From Lama guanicoe (Eukaryota): DNA of 64,000 nucleotides. The notes below the pieces were generated by a model that searched no databases, had not been told where the DNA came from, and saw only the letters and a program-made list of their open reading frames with translations. This document shows, in pieces, positions 1 through 20,236 of this stretch. A program made the position numbers and the translations under genes. Each line of letters begins with the position of its first letter. Positions within the stretch are counted from its first letter, which is position 1. The stretch spans positions 870,001 through 934,000 of the forward strand of contig MU054338.1 of NCBI GenBank assembly GCA_013239625.1, written 5' to 3'.

Positions 1-1564
1 CACTCTGCAGGGAGTGCACACAGCAGGCACCGTGCCCTGCGTGGGGCCCCTAGTGCTTGTGGGATGGCCAGCTGGGGTCGGGGTGAAGGTGTAGTGCACC
101 GTCCCAGTCCATGCCCTGTCCCCAGCCTTTGTTTCCCCTCAGGTCCCCAGACTCCCACCTCCACCCAGGACGTAACTCAGCTGAACTCATCTGATTCCCA
201 GAGGAGGAGGCCGAGAGCTCAGCTCAAAACACCTGGTGCAGGCAGAGGGGTAGTTGTGAGGTTTGGGAGCTCCAGGTGCCAGGACACAGACACAGTGGTT
301 GACGGTGTCCCCCTGTGCTGAGTTCCCGCCTGGACCCCATCCCTGAGGCCAGGCCAAGTGGAGGCAGGTCCTGGCTGATGTGGGTCATCCGGGCTTCTGC
401 TTGCTCTGTGGTCTCACAGCATTGAGCCTCCCCGTGCCCAGCCTCCTCACCGTGGCCTCCCTTGATCCCTTGGGCCTGGCCATGTGGTCCACAGGCCACT
501 CCAGCCTCCTGCATAGACTGGGTGGGAGGGATCTGGCCACCCCAACCCAGAATCTGGGGTCTCTGGAGCTGCCCAGCTGCCCTTGGGCAGGAGGGTGAAT
601 GGAGTAGGATCGGGGGCCCTCCACGGCGGGGGTCACCCATGGGAGCTGGGATGGTAGTGCCTTCTCTGCCCCAGGGAGATGCCAATGGAGGGAGAAAGTG
701 GAAAGGGCCAAAACTGGTTGTTTGAGTCCCTGGATTGAACCAAACCTGAAGCCACTCACCCGTTATTTTTCATTTTGGCAGTTCTGGATTTCTGTGACTT
801 CTAATCAAGAGGTCCCCGCACCCTTTCCACCCCCCTCACCCCCAGCAGGGCCTGTGGCTTATGCCGCCGATTCGGTGACGGGGGGCTTCATCTTGCCGGT
901 TCGTCCCTGTCTTGGGGGACTCCCAGCTGCCCCCGTGAGAGGAATCCTCACCCCTGCCTTACGGGCTGGGACGCTGGGGTGTAGAGGAGCAGAGTCACAC
1001 GCAGAGAGACTTGGAGGTCTCACCCACATCTGAGTGGGTGTCCTGAGCTCCTCTGGGGGCAGGGCGGCAGGGGGACTTGCCTGAGGTGGGGATGTTGGGG
1101 GCAGGACCTGGACGATGAGGGGGAACTGGACGCAAGAGGGTGTGAGGGAGAAGGTGTCCCCGGCAGATAGAACAGCATGTGCAAAGGCCAGGTGGCTGGA
1201 CGAGCAGGGTGAGAACCAGGCCCAGCGAGGAGGTCTGTATAGCCATAGCGGACTGAAGAGGACATTGGCTTTCAGGCTGGAGGGGGCAGAGGCCTCACAG
1301 GGCCTGGGGGCCAGGAGTGTGGGACAGTTACTCAAAAATGGCAAGAAATCTAAGGAACGCTGTTAGGTGAAAAAGTCAGAAAAGTTCCCCGTGACCTGAT
1401 GCCATTTACATAAAAGGCAAAGAATCTACGTTCCGGTAAACATCAACTCAGGCAGGAAGCTGACAGGAATAAACCCCTGCGGCCACCCACGATGACCTTG
1501 GGGTAGTGGCTAGGGGTGATTTTGAGTTACTGCCTTTTAGGGTTTATTTTAACGTCTTGTCATC

Positions 1565-1661
1565 TTTCTTTTTTTTCCTTTTTTTTTTCAACGGAGGGCC
1601 TGGGGATTGAACCAAGGAACCTGTGCACGCTAGTCATGTGCTCTACCACTGAGCTACACCC
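1565..1661 (-). mobile_element. tRNA-Ala-derived SINE (Vic-1-like)
   Basis: Reverse strand reads GGGTGTAGCTCAGTGGTAGAG...GGTTCAATCCCC plus an A tail. Confidence 0.8.
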
Positions 1662-1769
1662 TTTTGTCCTTAATTCTTTTTTTCCTTGAAAGATAATTTT
1701 TATTTTAGAATAATTTTAGATTTACAGAAAGTTGCAAAGATATCAGAGACTTTCTGCCTACCCTTTGTC

Positions 1770-2218
1770 ATTAGTCGTATAATGTCCCCGCCCCCTCGCC
1801 CCCTAGGATGTCTATGTCCTGGTCTCTGGACCTGAGGACATGTCACCTCATGGGGCAGAGGCGACTTTGCAGGTAGGTTTAAGGCCCCTGGGATGGGGGT
1901 GACCCTGGATTCCTGGGGGATCCCATGCCATCACAGGGTCCTCATCAGAGGGAGGCGGGAGGTCAGAGTCAGAGAGAAACGGGAGATGCTGCGCTGTTGG
2001 CGGTGAGGATGGAGGGGGGGCCGCGAGCCAGGGATGTGGGGCCTCTAGAAGCTGGAGAAGGCAGGAGCCGCTCCTCCCTGGGTCTCTGAACGAGTAGCCC
2101 TGCCCACGCCTGGGTTTAGGACTTCTGACCTCCAGAATGTGAGATGATAAATGTGTGTTTTCCTCAGCCACCAAGTTTGTGGTAATATCTTACAACAGCC
2201 ACAGAAGACAATGACTAT
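1770..2218 (+). mobile_element. MaLR solo LTR (MLT1D-like) inserted in an L1MC-like fragment (about 1690-2400)
   Basis: GCCTCTAGAAGCTGG, GACTTCTGACCTCCAGAA, AAGTTTGTGGTAAT. Confidence 0.75.
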
Positions 2219-4659
2219 TTGTCACACCTAAAGAAGTGACATCGGTCTGTTACCACTACAATGAACAGTATTAGTGATCACTGTTACTATTGACCAAACT
2301 CCAAATGTTATTTGGATACCACCAGTTTCTTTTCTTTTTTCCAACCAATTTTTTTTCTGTTCCGGGATCTCATCCAGGAGCCCACATGACATTGAGCTAT
2401 TTCTCTCATCATTGATAAAAAGACACAAGCAGGTGAGATATGGAGTACTCTTGTGGACATCTAGCTGGTTCCGATGCCCACACAGAGTTTGCATGCAGCC
2501 AGCACCAATCCAGGTCCCTTAGCAGAGGTCAAGGCGGTGTTGGGCTGAGGGTACTCGGGGGGGAAGTGCACCTGGAGGAGCAGCATCTAGTCAGGACCCT
2601 GAGGATGCCCACCCAGCAGGCGGGGTCTGGGGCAGCCTGTGGAGGGGGGGTCTGAACTTGCCCAAGGCTCCCCAACGGGTCAGCACATACAGGGGACACA
2701 GCAAGGAAACACACATCCAGTCCTGTGGGACAGAAACCTGCAAACTAGCAAAGAAATGGCATGATTTCAGGTGGTGAGTGTACCACAGAGGGACTCACGG
2801 GGTGTGGGTGGCCCCTACCTGGGTCCTGGAAGATAAGAAGGAGCTTCTGGGTGAAGACTAGGGGGTGGAGAGCACTTTGGGCAGCGGGAATGACATGCGC
2901 AAAGACCCTGAGGTTAGGATGAGCTTGGTATGGGATCTCAGACTGACAGAGGCCAGGGGGGCCGGACCAGGATGAGGGAGTGGGTGTGTGGAAGGGCCAC
3001 GGGGGCACACTCGCAGGCTTTTGTATATGATCTGATTTGGTTCTGGAAAGCTTCCTGCTGTCAGGAAGAGGGTGGGCTTTCTGGCCCTGGGCCCCAGAGC
3101 ATCCCTGAGTCCAGCTCTCAGCCACCCTCCGAGAGTCCACACACATTGTGTTCCCAGACCTGGCCACAGCTGTCCTGGATGATCCTGACCCTGGGCCCTG
3201 TTTGGTCCTGCCAGGGAGGCCCCCAGTGGTGTCTTCAGTTTCATCTCTTCCTCTGGATCACCCCTGGCTCCCCAGATAGGCATCAATATCCCCCAAACTG
3301 TACTCTGGATACTCCCTCCCTGACCCTGTCTACCCACCACCCTGCCTGTAGACGGGTCCTAGTGTCACGGGTCAAAGGGGAGAGGTGGAGTGGCTGATCA
3401 CAGGTGAGGCTCTGTTCCCGGATTGGGGGGTCATCGAGCCCCACAGTGGCCCCCACCACACACACCTCCCTGTCCCATCTGTCACTCCATCACTCTCTGA
3501 GCTACAGTGTGGAGCATGTGTAGGAGTGTCCCAAGCTAAGTAACAGGACAGTGTGCTTCCCAGATCACTCACTGCACTCAACCCTTGCCTCAGGCTCTGC
3601 ATTTGGCAAAGGCCAGACTGAGACAGGGCCCTGACTGTCTCCCACTGGCCTGAACCACATTGGCGGCGGAAGAGAGTGAAGAAAGGGGGTGGGGGGCTTC
3701 CACACTGAGCCCTGGGCACCAGGAGAGGGAGAGGAGCCTCAGACGAGAACTCAGAAGATTTAGCAAGAAAGGTGGGGGACAAGTCCACAGAGAGGTGTCC
3801 CGGAGGACAATGGAGGACCCTGCTTCTAGAAGGAGCCAAAGACAGTGGGAGCTGGGAGAGGCCAGGACAAGGTTTGTTCCTGGGGGGAGGCTCCGAGGAC
3901 GTGGCACCCAGGTCCAGGCAACCCCACCCCTTCCCCAGAGATGGGCCAGTCTTGAGGGCAGTCTGAGAGGAAGCTGCAGTCACGGGGTGTCTGGAGCACT
4001 GGGGTGGGTCCCTCCCACCAGCTCTGCTCACTGGCCGTCCCCAGGGACCTGCCAGTTCTGGCCAAGTCAGGCAGGAGGGCAAGCACTGCGTTTCAAAGTC
4101 CAGGAGGCAGGAGGCTAGAGAGGGACCTGGGAGCCGGGCTGAGTCTCATCTGCCTACCCCAGCTAGGGAAACTTCTGGAATTAGGGGGGCCACGCCACTG
4201 CTGACCCCGCACCCAGGCCCGCCAGCCTCCCTCGGGAGTCCAGTGCCCCGCGCTGTCTCAGCAGCCACCCCCTCCACCTGCCGCAGGTATTTTGAGCAAA
4301 GATTGCCGGCTTCTCCCAGGAAATCTGCTGAGTCTGGAGAGTTATCTCAGGTCAGGGAAAGAACAGACTGTAGGGAAATCAAGTGCATGGCCTCGAGGGT
4401 GTGGGCTCAGGGGGCTGGGTGGCCAGGCCAGGGCTCCAGCCCATGCCCACCCCAGGCTCCAGAGCCCTGGGCAGGGGTCAGCATGCAAGGGTCAGGCAGC
4501 TCCACTGAGTACCCCAACTCCCAACTCCTGCCCCTTTGCAAAACCGCTCCTGTGCTTGCCTCATGCACTGAGCCTCAGTCTTCTCATCTGCAAAATGGGG
4601 GTATTCTTCAGCTCCCTAAGGCTGTGGTTTTTTGAGGGGTGGGGAATCTAACATAGTTT

Positions 4660-5120
4660 CCACTTTTTTTTTTCACTGTGGCAAAATGCACCATCTTAAT
4701 CATTGTTAAGCACACAGCTCAGTGGTCCTAAACAGGTTCACATTATTGTACAGCCATCCCCACCATCTTGTCCAGAACTTTCCAATTCCCTAAACTGAAA
4801 CTCTGTCCCTATTAATCACCGACTCCCCACCCTCCTCCAGCCTGTGGCCCCACAGTCTACTTTCTCTCTCTATGGATGTGACTCCTCCAGGTCCTCTTGT
4901 GAGTGGAATCAGATGGTACCTGTTCTTCTGTGTCTGTCTTATTTCACCGAGCATCATGTTCCCGAGGTCCATCCGCACTGTAGTGTCAGAATCTCCATCC
5001 CTTTTAAGGTTGGGTAATGGCCCAGGGTGTGGATGGGCCACGTCTGTTCATCTGTCTTCGTCAGCAAAGGACACCGGGGAGAGTTTCTTCCTTTTGGCTG
5101 TTGCGAATCGTGCTGCTACG
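4660..5120 (-). mobile_element. L1MB-like LINE 3' end
   Basis: CACATTATTGTACAGCCATC...TCCAGAAC...CTGAAACTCTGTCCCTATTAA. Confidence 0.7.
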
Positions 5121-6214
5121 TTTCTCACTTTATTACAAAGCTTGTTTCATTCTAAAGTGCTGGGGGGAGGGTGTCCCTGCTCGGTGTGGGGCCGGGGGTG
5201 GTCAGGCGGGGCACGGGAGGTCTCCCCAGCCCCGAGGTGGAGGTTTAGCCAGGAAAAGAGCAGGTGGCTGGGAGAGGAGGGGCAGAGGATGTCAGCTGAC
5301 AGGCCTGCTGTGAGGCTCTGGGCTGGGAATTTAGGATTTCATTCCCCCAGGAGGGTTCTGGGGGTCCCACAGACTCCGCCACCTGCCCCAGTGGGAGGGC
5401 TTCTCCTGTGATCCTGGAGCCTGTGGGGCAGTATTGGGGGGCAGGGGCTCCAGACCCAACAACCTGCACTCCTGTTGGGGTTTGACCACCATCCGGAGAC
5501 CCTGGCTTGCCTGTGCCTTCCTGATCCTCCACTTCCTCATCTGTATGACGGGGCTTAGAACAGCGCCTACTTCCCGGACAAGCCACTGCCTGGCAGGGGC
5601 CTGCCTTTCTCACACTGGCACCCAGAACCTGCCCCGATCCCGGGCCTTGGTTCTGTCTGGCTGACCTCCTGTTGGAAAGCCGGATGGACCTGTCTTGGGC
5701 ACAGGCTCTGCACCCACAGAAGCACTGAGCAGATACCTGGATGAGCGGGCGGTGCAGGTGTGCTGCTGAGAAGGAGCTGGCTTCCTGCCCCCGTGGATTC
5801 CAGGGCCACAGTGACGTGATGGCTCAGACCCACCAGCCCCCCAGCTGCCTTCCCTCTGCCACACCATACCTGGTTCTCCTTAGCAGAGAACTCGGGCTCC
5901 CTGGCCAGAGCCAGCCGGCCCCCTGCACTGGCCCAGAATCCTTGCAAAGGTGCCAGAATCTTGCTCCATCAGATGCACTGGGGCCCTCTCAAAGTCCCTC
6001 ATTGATGTGCCAGGTGGACATGTGACAACTCAGATGGTGTTTCCTAACCCTGGTGGCTTAGCTGGGCCAGATTCCGAAATCTGATCTCTGGAAAATTCCG
6101 AGGCCTGATTCCAGCCACACGGAGCCCTGCTAACCCCTCCCCATTCACTGTGTTATGTAACATTTGGGGATTAATACTGAGGCGTCCAGAGGCAGCTGCC
6201 TGGATTCACACACG

Positions 6215-6340
6215 GCACTATCCCTTCCTGGCTGGGTAAGCGACCTAATCTCCCTGGGCCTCAGTGTTTGCATCTGTAAAATGGGGACAAGGCCAGTTCC
6301 CCCACATCTGTGTGGAAGGATGATGTGAAACAAGGCAAGG
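6215..6340. mobile_element. MIR SINE
   Basis: CTGGGCCTCAGTGTTTGCATCTGTAAAATGGGG. Other MIR cores near 4575, 16400, 22835, 27735, 55505 and 58700. Confidence 0.65.
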
Positions 6341-7183
6341 AGAGGGCTGGGCACTGAGTCTGGGGCACAGCTCAGAGATGCCCCCACAGTTCTCAGGGCC
6401 TGCCCAGTGTCATCCATCCAACTACTTCTCCTTGGCTGCTCCCGCCAAGAGTCACAACTCCCAGTCTGCCCATCAGTCCCCAAATCCTGTCCGTTCTCAC
6501 TGCTGACTGTTTTCCATATATGCCAGCCCACAAATTCCAGCAGTGCCCCTCTGGGTTCAGGGCCCCCTCCCCACCAGCCCCAGCACCAGAGATATCGGGC
6601 TTCTTTCTCTCTCCTCCTCTGAAGCCTGCTGTGGCTCCCCAGTGCCACGATGACCAAGCCTCACACTGTCACATGGGCTCTGGGGACCCATATGTAAGGA
6701 CGACCCACAGAGGCACATATTCAGTATAGCTAGACTCACACCTCAAGCGCGCTTTGGGGACAGCCCTGCCAAGTCCTAGCTCCCACCTGCCCTTCCCTGT
6801 TAGATCTCGGAAGAATGAGATGATCCCTCTGACCTCAGTCTCCTGCTCAGAGAAATGGGCGCGTTGACAGCTCGCTGCTTGGCTGGAGGCGCAGGATTGG
6901 AGGAACAAGCGGGCTGAGCGCGCGGGATTGGTGACGGGTGAGCGTGCCGGGCGCCGGCGCCGCTCTGGTGTCTGGAACTCCCGCCAGCCGGGAGTCCTCG
7001 CACACCCCCGCGCTCCGCCCACCGCGTCGTCCCGGCCGGAGCGTCTGGACTCCACCCCTCCCCCCTCAGCCAATAAGACGCGCCTCCGGCGGCGCTCGGC
7101 CCCCAGAGCCGCGCTGCGAGGTGGTCCCGGCCGGAGGCTGCGCCCGCGCCCGCGCCCTGCGCCGGCCGGGCCCCCGGGAAGGG

Positions 7184-13934
<6,751 letters not shown>

Positions 13935-14120
13935 CATTCCTGAGGGTCAGAGTGGACCACTGCATGTTGATGTCCAAGACCCAGGTTCCATTTCTGTTCC
14001 TGTTGCTCCCCAAGAGGGGAAGTCCTAGAGGAGAGCATGCAGGGGGCATGGGAGGTGGGAGTCCTTGCCTTGTAGCCTGACTGTTCAACCTAGACTTTAG
14101 TTTGGATTTGTTTTTCCTCC

Positions 14121-14126
14121 ATTAAA
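14121..14126 (+). terminator. PLK5 poly(A) signal ATTAAA
   Basis: First canonical hexamer about 190 nt after the stop, followed by (AAAAAC)n. Confidence 0.6.
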
Positions 14127-14959
14127 AACAAAAACAAAAACAAAACAAAAGCTTGTCTCTGTAGCCTACCCTCTCCCTCTCTCTGGGGGAGTTTGAGGAG
14201 CTTTGGCAAGGGGGCACTCAAGCCTGGCATGATCTGAGCCCCCTGCTGTTTGTGGCAGAGACAGACGGGCCAGAGTTTCACCAACACAGAAATTCGTACT
14301 AGAGGGGGCTTCTGCCGTGACCAAAAATCCAAAGTATGGGACATTCACTTAACGGACCAGCAGTGAGGACATGGTGGAGGCTGGGAAGTTGGCTCAACTG
14401 CACCTGGGACACTTGGGGGCTGGGGGACATACTCAGAGACCAGGTGCCCGGCAGCAGGAACCAGAGGCCACCCTTGGGCATCATGGGTGGACCTGTCCCT
14501 GTGAACCACCTGCTGTCAATTTCCACATTGCAAGCTGACAGATGAAGCTAAATTCCCAGGGCAGCACATCTTGTCTCTGGTCCCCTCCCTTCCTCGGGAG
14601 GTCAAAGGTCCCCTGGATTTTTCTATCCATTTACATACATGTATGCTCCTGCAGAAAAAAATGAAACCATCAGCCTTGTTTCTTCCCTCCACCACATGCC
14701 TGGATGCTTTCCTGCCTCGGGTTTAATGATCAGCCTGGTGCTTTCATGGAAAGATGTGGTAAAGGAACAAAATGGCGGAGCTGGTGGGTCCATCAGGGAG
14801 GGCACACACCTGGCTGTAGAGGAGAAATTGTTCTGCACAAAAGAGAGGGGAAAACTGGAAGACTCCCTGGAGAATCTGGAGGAATGGGGCACAGGCAAGG
14901 GAGGAGCTGGTGAAAGGGAGGAGGCAGATGCGAGTGTGCACTGTGGGTTTTATCTTTAT

Positions 14960-15520
14960 TGTTGTTATTATTACTGAGGTGACATAACATGAAAGTAACC
15001 ATTTTAAAGCAAACAGTTCAGTGGGATTTAGTATACTCTCAATGTTGGGCAACCACAACCTCTGTCTAGTTCCAGAACATTCCATTACTTCACAAGGAGG
15101 CCCATCCCCTTGAGCTGTCACTCACTCCCCCACGCCAGCCCCTGACAACCAGGAACCCCCTCCCTGTGTCTGAGGACTGGCCTGTTCTGGACGTCTCACA
15201 TCCATGGACTCACACGCTGCGTGTCCTTCTGTGTCTGCTTCTCTCCCTGAGCGTCATGTTCTCAGGGTCCATCCATGTGGGAGCGGGTCTCAGAGCTTCT
15301 CTCCTTTTCGTGACTGAATGATTGTCCACAGTGGTGTTTGCTTTTGCACTGAGGACTGGCCTGTTCTGGACGTCTCACATCCATGGACTCACACGCTGCG
15401 TGTCCTTCTGTGTCTGCTTCTCTCACTGACCATCATGTTCTCAAGGTCCGTCCACAATGCAGAGTGTCAGTGCTTCACTCCTTTTCATGACTGAGTAATA
15501 TTCTAGTGTATAGCTAGATG
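14960..15520 (-). mobile_element. L1MB-like LINE 3' end with an internal tandem duplication (period 179)
   Basis: AACCATTTTAAAG...TAGTTCCAGAACATT; repeat units start at 15170 and 15349. Confidence 0.75.
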
Positions 15521-16074
15521 TTACAGGTCACTCAGTTTTGGGGTGATGTGTTACCCAGCAATAAACTGATATGCAACAACATGAAACTAGCCCAGCCCCT
15601 TTTCTGCCCAGAACATTTGTTTCTGGGGGGAAAAAAAGACAAAACATCCTCAGCCTGTTCAACTGTGTATCTCGCAAAGTGACCTACCTAGAGCATTTAC
15701 TTCCATCTGTTTGTGGGCGTAGGAACAGCAACAATCTGTGAGAACCGCCCACGCCCTGAGCCCACAAGGGTGGTTTATCAAAAATAAACCAACACAGAAT
15801 ATATTAATTTTGTAACCTCCCAGGCCGATTCTTATTTCTAGGTATGAGAACTCCGAGAGGTGGCAGCGCCCGTGCCGCCCTCACACTGAACGTTTCTGGA
15901 ATCTTCTGCAGAGAGGTGACCTGGGTGCGTGCCGAGCCCCACCTCCTGGGGTATGCACAAGGGCCGGCACTTCAAGAATGGCAATGAATCCACTCCAGGG
16001 CTGGCTAGATGTCTTTCCTTCCCCTTCCCGTCTCCCCTCCTCTCCCTTTTGCTGAGGAAGCCGCTGAGAGCCTG

Positions 16075-16390
16075 TTCAACCCGGAAGAGCGAGGGAACCC
16101 CCGGCTTTACTCAGCCCTACCGCCCTCCCCCGAGTCTGGAGCGTCGGCTGAGCCCAGCCTCTGGAGCACCTCTTTATTGGTCCGTGGGAGCATGTGACAG
16201 GACGCCTCCTCCAATCACCAGCAAGGGAGGCGGGGCCAGGGCGGGGGCGTCCCGGGCAGGCTGGTTGGCTGCTGCCGCGGTAACCGTGTGCGACGCCGCA
16301 AAGCCTCGCCGGCTGCAGGTCGGCGCTGCGGAGGGCGCCGTCTGCTGCGACCGCGCAGCTCCTCTGCGAGCTGCGGGCTCTCCTTGCCCC
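16075..16390. promoter_or_regulatory. Orphan CpG-rich promoter-like element
   Basis: CCGGAAG 16081, ATTGG 16176, CATGTGAC 16191, CCAAT 16211, two GC boxes 16229-16246, X-box-like GCTGCCGCGGTAAC 16271-16284. Confidence 0.6.
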
Positions 16391-16979
16391 GTTTAACAGA
16401 TGAGAAAACCGAGGCACGTGAGTTGCCTCAATAGATCAAGTGCTAGGAAGACGGAGAGGCAGCTGTAAGCAGGTCAGCCTTAATACCCGCACCCCCACTC
16501 CCGCCTCCCCGGAGAGGTTTTAAAATCCTAGTGACTCCAGGGAATTATGCTGAGCAAAAACAGCCGATGTCGAAAGGTCACGTGATGTCAGATTCTGTCT
16601 GTATAACATTTTTGAAAGGATACCATCTTTTGTGATGGAGGACAGTTGAGTGTTTGCCGGGGCTGAGTGGGGGGAGACGGAGGGAGGGGCTGTGTTATAA
16701 CAGGGCAGCTCGAGGGGTCCTTGTGGTTGTGGTGCACGAACCTGCCCAGCTGATGCTCTTGTAGACAATTAAGTACACACGCGCACGCACACACACAGAT
16801 GCAAGTAAAACTGGGGAATTCAGAAGTCGGATGAGGATATATATCCTGGTTGAGACGCTGATTGTCGCTTTGTCAAAGGGGACCATTGGGGGAGGCTGGG
16901 CAAACTACACGGGAATCAGTGTTATCTTTTACAACTGCAGGGGAATCTACAATGATCTCAATAAAATTTGCAATTAAAA

Positions 16980-17562
16980 AGCTCTGTTTCTTGGTTCTTC
17001 CATAAATTAAACCTAGAATTACAATATGACCCAGCAATTTTACTGCCAGGTGTCTACCCCAAAAGAATTTAAAATAGGTGTTCAAAAACAAAATAGTGTG
17101 TGCAAACGTTCAGAGTAGCCCTGTTCAAACAGCCAAAGTGGAAACAACCCACATGTCCTTCGAGGGTAAATGGATAACAAAATACAGTCTGTCTATACAC
17201 TATAGTATTAATCAGTCATAAAGAGGAGAGCAGCCCACGTGGACGGACCCTGGAGCACGATGCTCAGTGAGAGAAGCAGACACAGAAGGACACACAGCAT
17301 GTGAGTCCAAGGATGTGAAATGTTCAGAACAGGCCAGTCCACAGACACGAAGTGTAGATTCGTGGTTGTCAGGGGCTTGGGGAGGGGAATAACTGTTAAT
17401 GGCGGTGGGGTCTCTTTTTGGAGTAATGAGAATGGTCTGGAATGAGATAGAGGTGATGGAGGTGCAAAATTATGAATATACTTAATGCTATCGAATTGTA
17501 CACTTTAAAGTGATTTAAGTGGTACATTTTATGTTATGTGTATTTTACCACAATTAAAAAAA
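16980..17562 (+). mobile_element. L1MB-like LINE 3' end
   Basis: AGAATTACAATATGACCCAGCAATT...GAATTGTACACTTTAAA...TTTTACCACAATTAAAAAAAA. Confidence 0.8.
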
Positions 17563-18234
17563 ATCCTGCTCCCTATGTGGTCAAGACCAATTACAGCAGA
17601 ATTGGGGGTTCAGGCTTTGTTGTTTCTTAAAACTCCTCATTCACTCCGAGGAGCAGCTGAGATTGGGAACCGCTGGGTTAGATTACACAGTCAAGACACG
17701 TGAGCCAAATGTCAAGGGGGAGTGCATCAGATGCAGATATAAACAGACTGACTGTAAATAACAATAATACACCTGAGGACACTGAATTGCTCACCAGGTC
17801 ATTGTCATCTAGAAATTAGTGTTGATTTTAAGTCTGGTGGTGATGCTGTGCATCCATCCTTGCCTTGCGGAGAAATGCAGTTTACTGTAGAGAAACCTGG
17901 GCTATGAGGGCAAGGAGGCAGGTGGAGAGTAGCAGCTGGGGATCGTTAGGGAGCTTGAGAATTGGTTACTGCTGAAGCCGGGTCCTTCAAATTGACTCTC
18001 TGCTCCTCTGCTTGGATTTACACCTGACAGTTCGCGTACTAAAAAGTTTTACAAATCAAGCATAAGCCATTTTAGCTGGGACATAAATCCATCCCAAGGG
18101 TGCTTGAAATAAACCAAAATCAGATGTTCCAATTTTTCGAGCGGAACCCTCTGTGTGGATGGGGGTGTGGGGAGATACGGGGACTCAACCTTTTCAGGGC
18201 CAATTTGGTCCAATCCCTGAGGACCCTCCACTGG

Positions 18235-18435
18235 GATCGGGTTTCTCACTGGGAGCGGGTGTTCCTGCTCCCCCAGGGACACTATAAAGACATTTTCATT
18301 GTCAGAAAGCGGTGGGGGGTTTCCTGGCAACGAGTGGGTGGGGTCAGAGATGCTGCTTCACACCCCACAGTGCCCAGGGCCACCCAGCCAGAGAATAACA
18401 AGCCCCGAATATCCACAATGCCTAGAGGTAGAACT
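18235..18435. mobile_element. MER20-like hAT element
   Basis: CCCCCAGGGACA...GACATTTT...GATGCTGCT...CACAGTGCCCAGG. Confidence 0.6.
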
Positions 18436-19274
18436 TACATTAACCTCTTGGAGAAAGAGTCCAATTCCTGCTCATGCTGGACACCAGGATAAATCCCAAT
18501 GGTCAGATGGTACAAGCCAGAGCAGCCTCCAGCATGAGTCACCTCTCTCCCTCCCACTCAGTGTGTGTATTTAAATGCGTGCAGCATCCCAGGACTTCAG
18601 TAGGTCGGGTGGTTAGGGATCTGGTGAGGGTAAAGAAAAAAAATCTCAGTTTGGGAGGTGCCCTGTCGTTTATTCAATCAACAAACATTTAGGGAGGATC
18701 CACTGTGTGCTAGCTCTGAGCTGCTGAGCGAGGGACGGTCGGCAGTGGAAGGTGAAAATGATGGGCCGGTGTGGGTCCTGGGGAGCCCACAGCCCGGGGC
18801 CAAGGGCGGTTATGTCCACTTTACATAAATAATACAGAACCGGCTCCACAATTGTTGCTGGAAAGGGTGTCGTGTGCAGCTCTGGCCACACGGTGGCGAC
18901 AGAGGACGAGCAGTTATGGTTCATCCCGGCCCCCGATGGGCACGGGCCGGGAATAGCGCAAGGTCTGGGGATGGCACCTGGGGCCCGTCCCGGCGAAAGT
19001 ACTTAGGGGCTTCGGGCTTCCTCCGGCTCCTGTCCCAGAGCAAACCCGCTCCTGGCTAGGGCAAGGATCACTGAGATCCATCCATATCAGTAAACGTGTG
19101 GGGACTGAATTCTGCTCCATGCTAACCAACCAGCCAGCCCCTCCCCCAATGTCCTGTAGCTGTGGGTCCTCTCCTTGAGGTCAGGGCTGAATTTAGGAAC
19201 CAGAGGATGGGGCTCTCCAGCACATCCTTCACCCTGCAAATCAATGCATGACTCTCTCCTTCCCTCCACACCTC

Positions 19275-19470
19275 ACAGAGCTAACAGACTTAGCAAATAA
19301 AAATACAGGATGCCCGTTAAATCGGAACTTCAGGTAAATAACCAGTCATGTTAGGTAGACCGATGTCCCATGAAATGTTTGAGACATTTACTAAGAAAAG
19401 GATCCATCACGCATCTGAAATTCAAATTCACTGGGCATCCTGTACCTTCCAGGGTGGATAGTGCCAACTC
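19275..19470. mobile_element. MER53-like palindromic MITE
   Basis: AGCAAATAAAAATACAGGATGCCC...TCTGAAATTCAAATTCACTGGGCATCCTGTA. Confidence 0.7.
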
Positions 19471-19654
19471 TGGCCACTGAGAGCTCTTTCAGTTGGGGAC
19501 TCCTGTGTCCCTTGGACACGCCCCCATCCTCCTGGGGTGTTTTCAGCATGTCCTTATTTTCTGGCATCACAAGATGTCCAGGCTCATTTTGTGTTTTCTC
19601 TACTCAGGGTACAGCATCAGCCATCTCTCCAAGGAGTTGGGGCAACTTTTAATA

Positions 19655-20103
19655 CAGCTGTGTGAGTCCTATGACCACTGTGACAAATTATTGCACACCT
19701 GGGGGCTCAAAACAGCACAAAGTTATTCTCTAACAGTTTGGAGGTCAGAAGTCCTAAAAAACAGGCGTGGGCGGGGCTGGTCCTTCTGGAGACTCCAGGG
19801 GGAGAATCGATTCCTGCCTCTTCCAGCTTCTAGAGGTGCCGCATCCCTGACTCGCGTCCCCTCCCTCCATCCTCACCGCTAGCAGCGCAGCATCTTCCCT
19901 CTCTGACTCTGACCCTCCTGCCTCCCTCTGATGAGGACCCTTGTGGTGACACAGGGCCCCAGGGAGTCCAGGGGCACCCCTATCCCAGGGGCCTTAACGT
20001 ATTCCTGCCTGCAGAGTCCCCTCTGCCCTTCTGGGAAGTGACTCATTCACAGGTCCCAAGACCAAGATGAGGCATCTTTGAGACCATTATTCTGCCGACT
20101 GTA
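19655..20103 (-). mobile_element. MaLR solo LTR (MLT1D-like)
   Basis: Same hallmark motifs, reversed. Confidence 0.75.
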
Positions 20104-20236
20104 CCAGCCCACAAGTTTTCCCTTCTCTGTGGCCTGTGTTGCTTTGGGGCCACTCTGACCAGGAACCCCCAACTCATTCTCTCATCACAATCTGGGCATG
20201 TGGGCCTTCCTGCTTCTCTGGCTTTAAGAGTGTTTC

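Noticed and set aside
1..6800. ADAMTSL5 5' exons expected from synteny
   Set aside because: I could not recognise a signal peptide, thrombospondin exon or CpG-island promoter; the gene is probably left of the window.
15170..15500. CRISPR-like or other prokaryotic repeat system
   Set aside because: Only two long units derived from L1, with no spacers or cas genes; the window is mammalian throughout.
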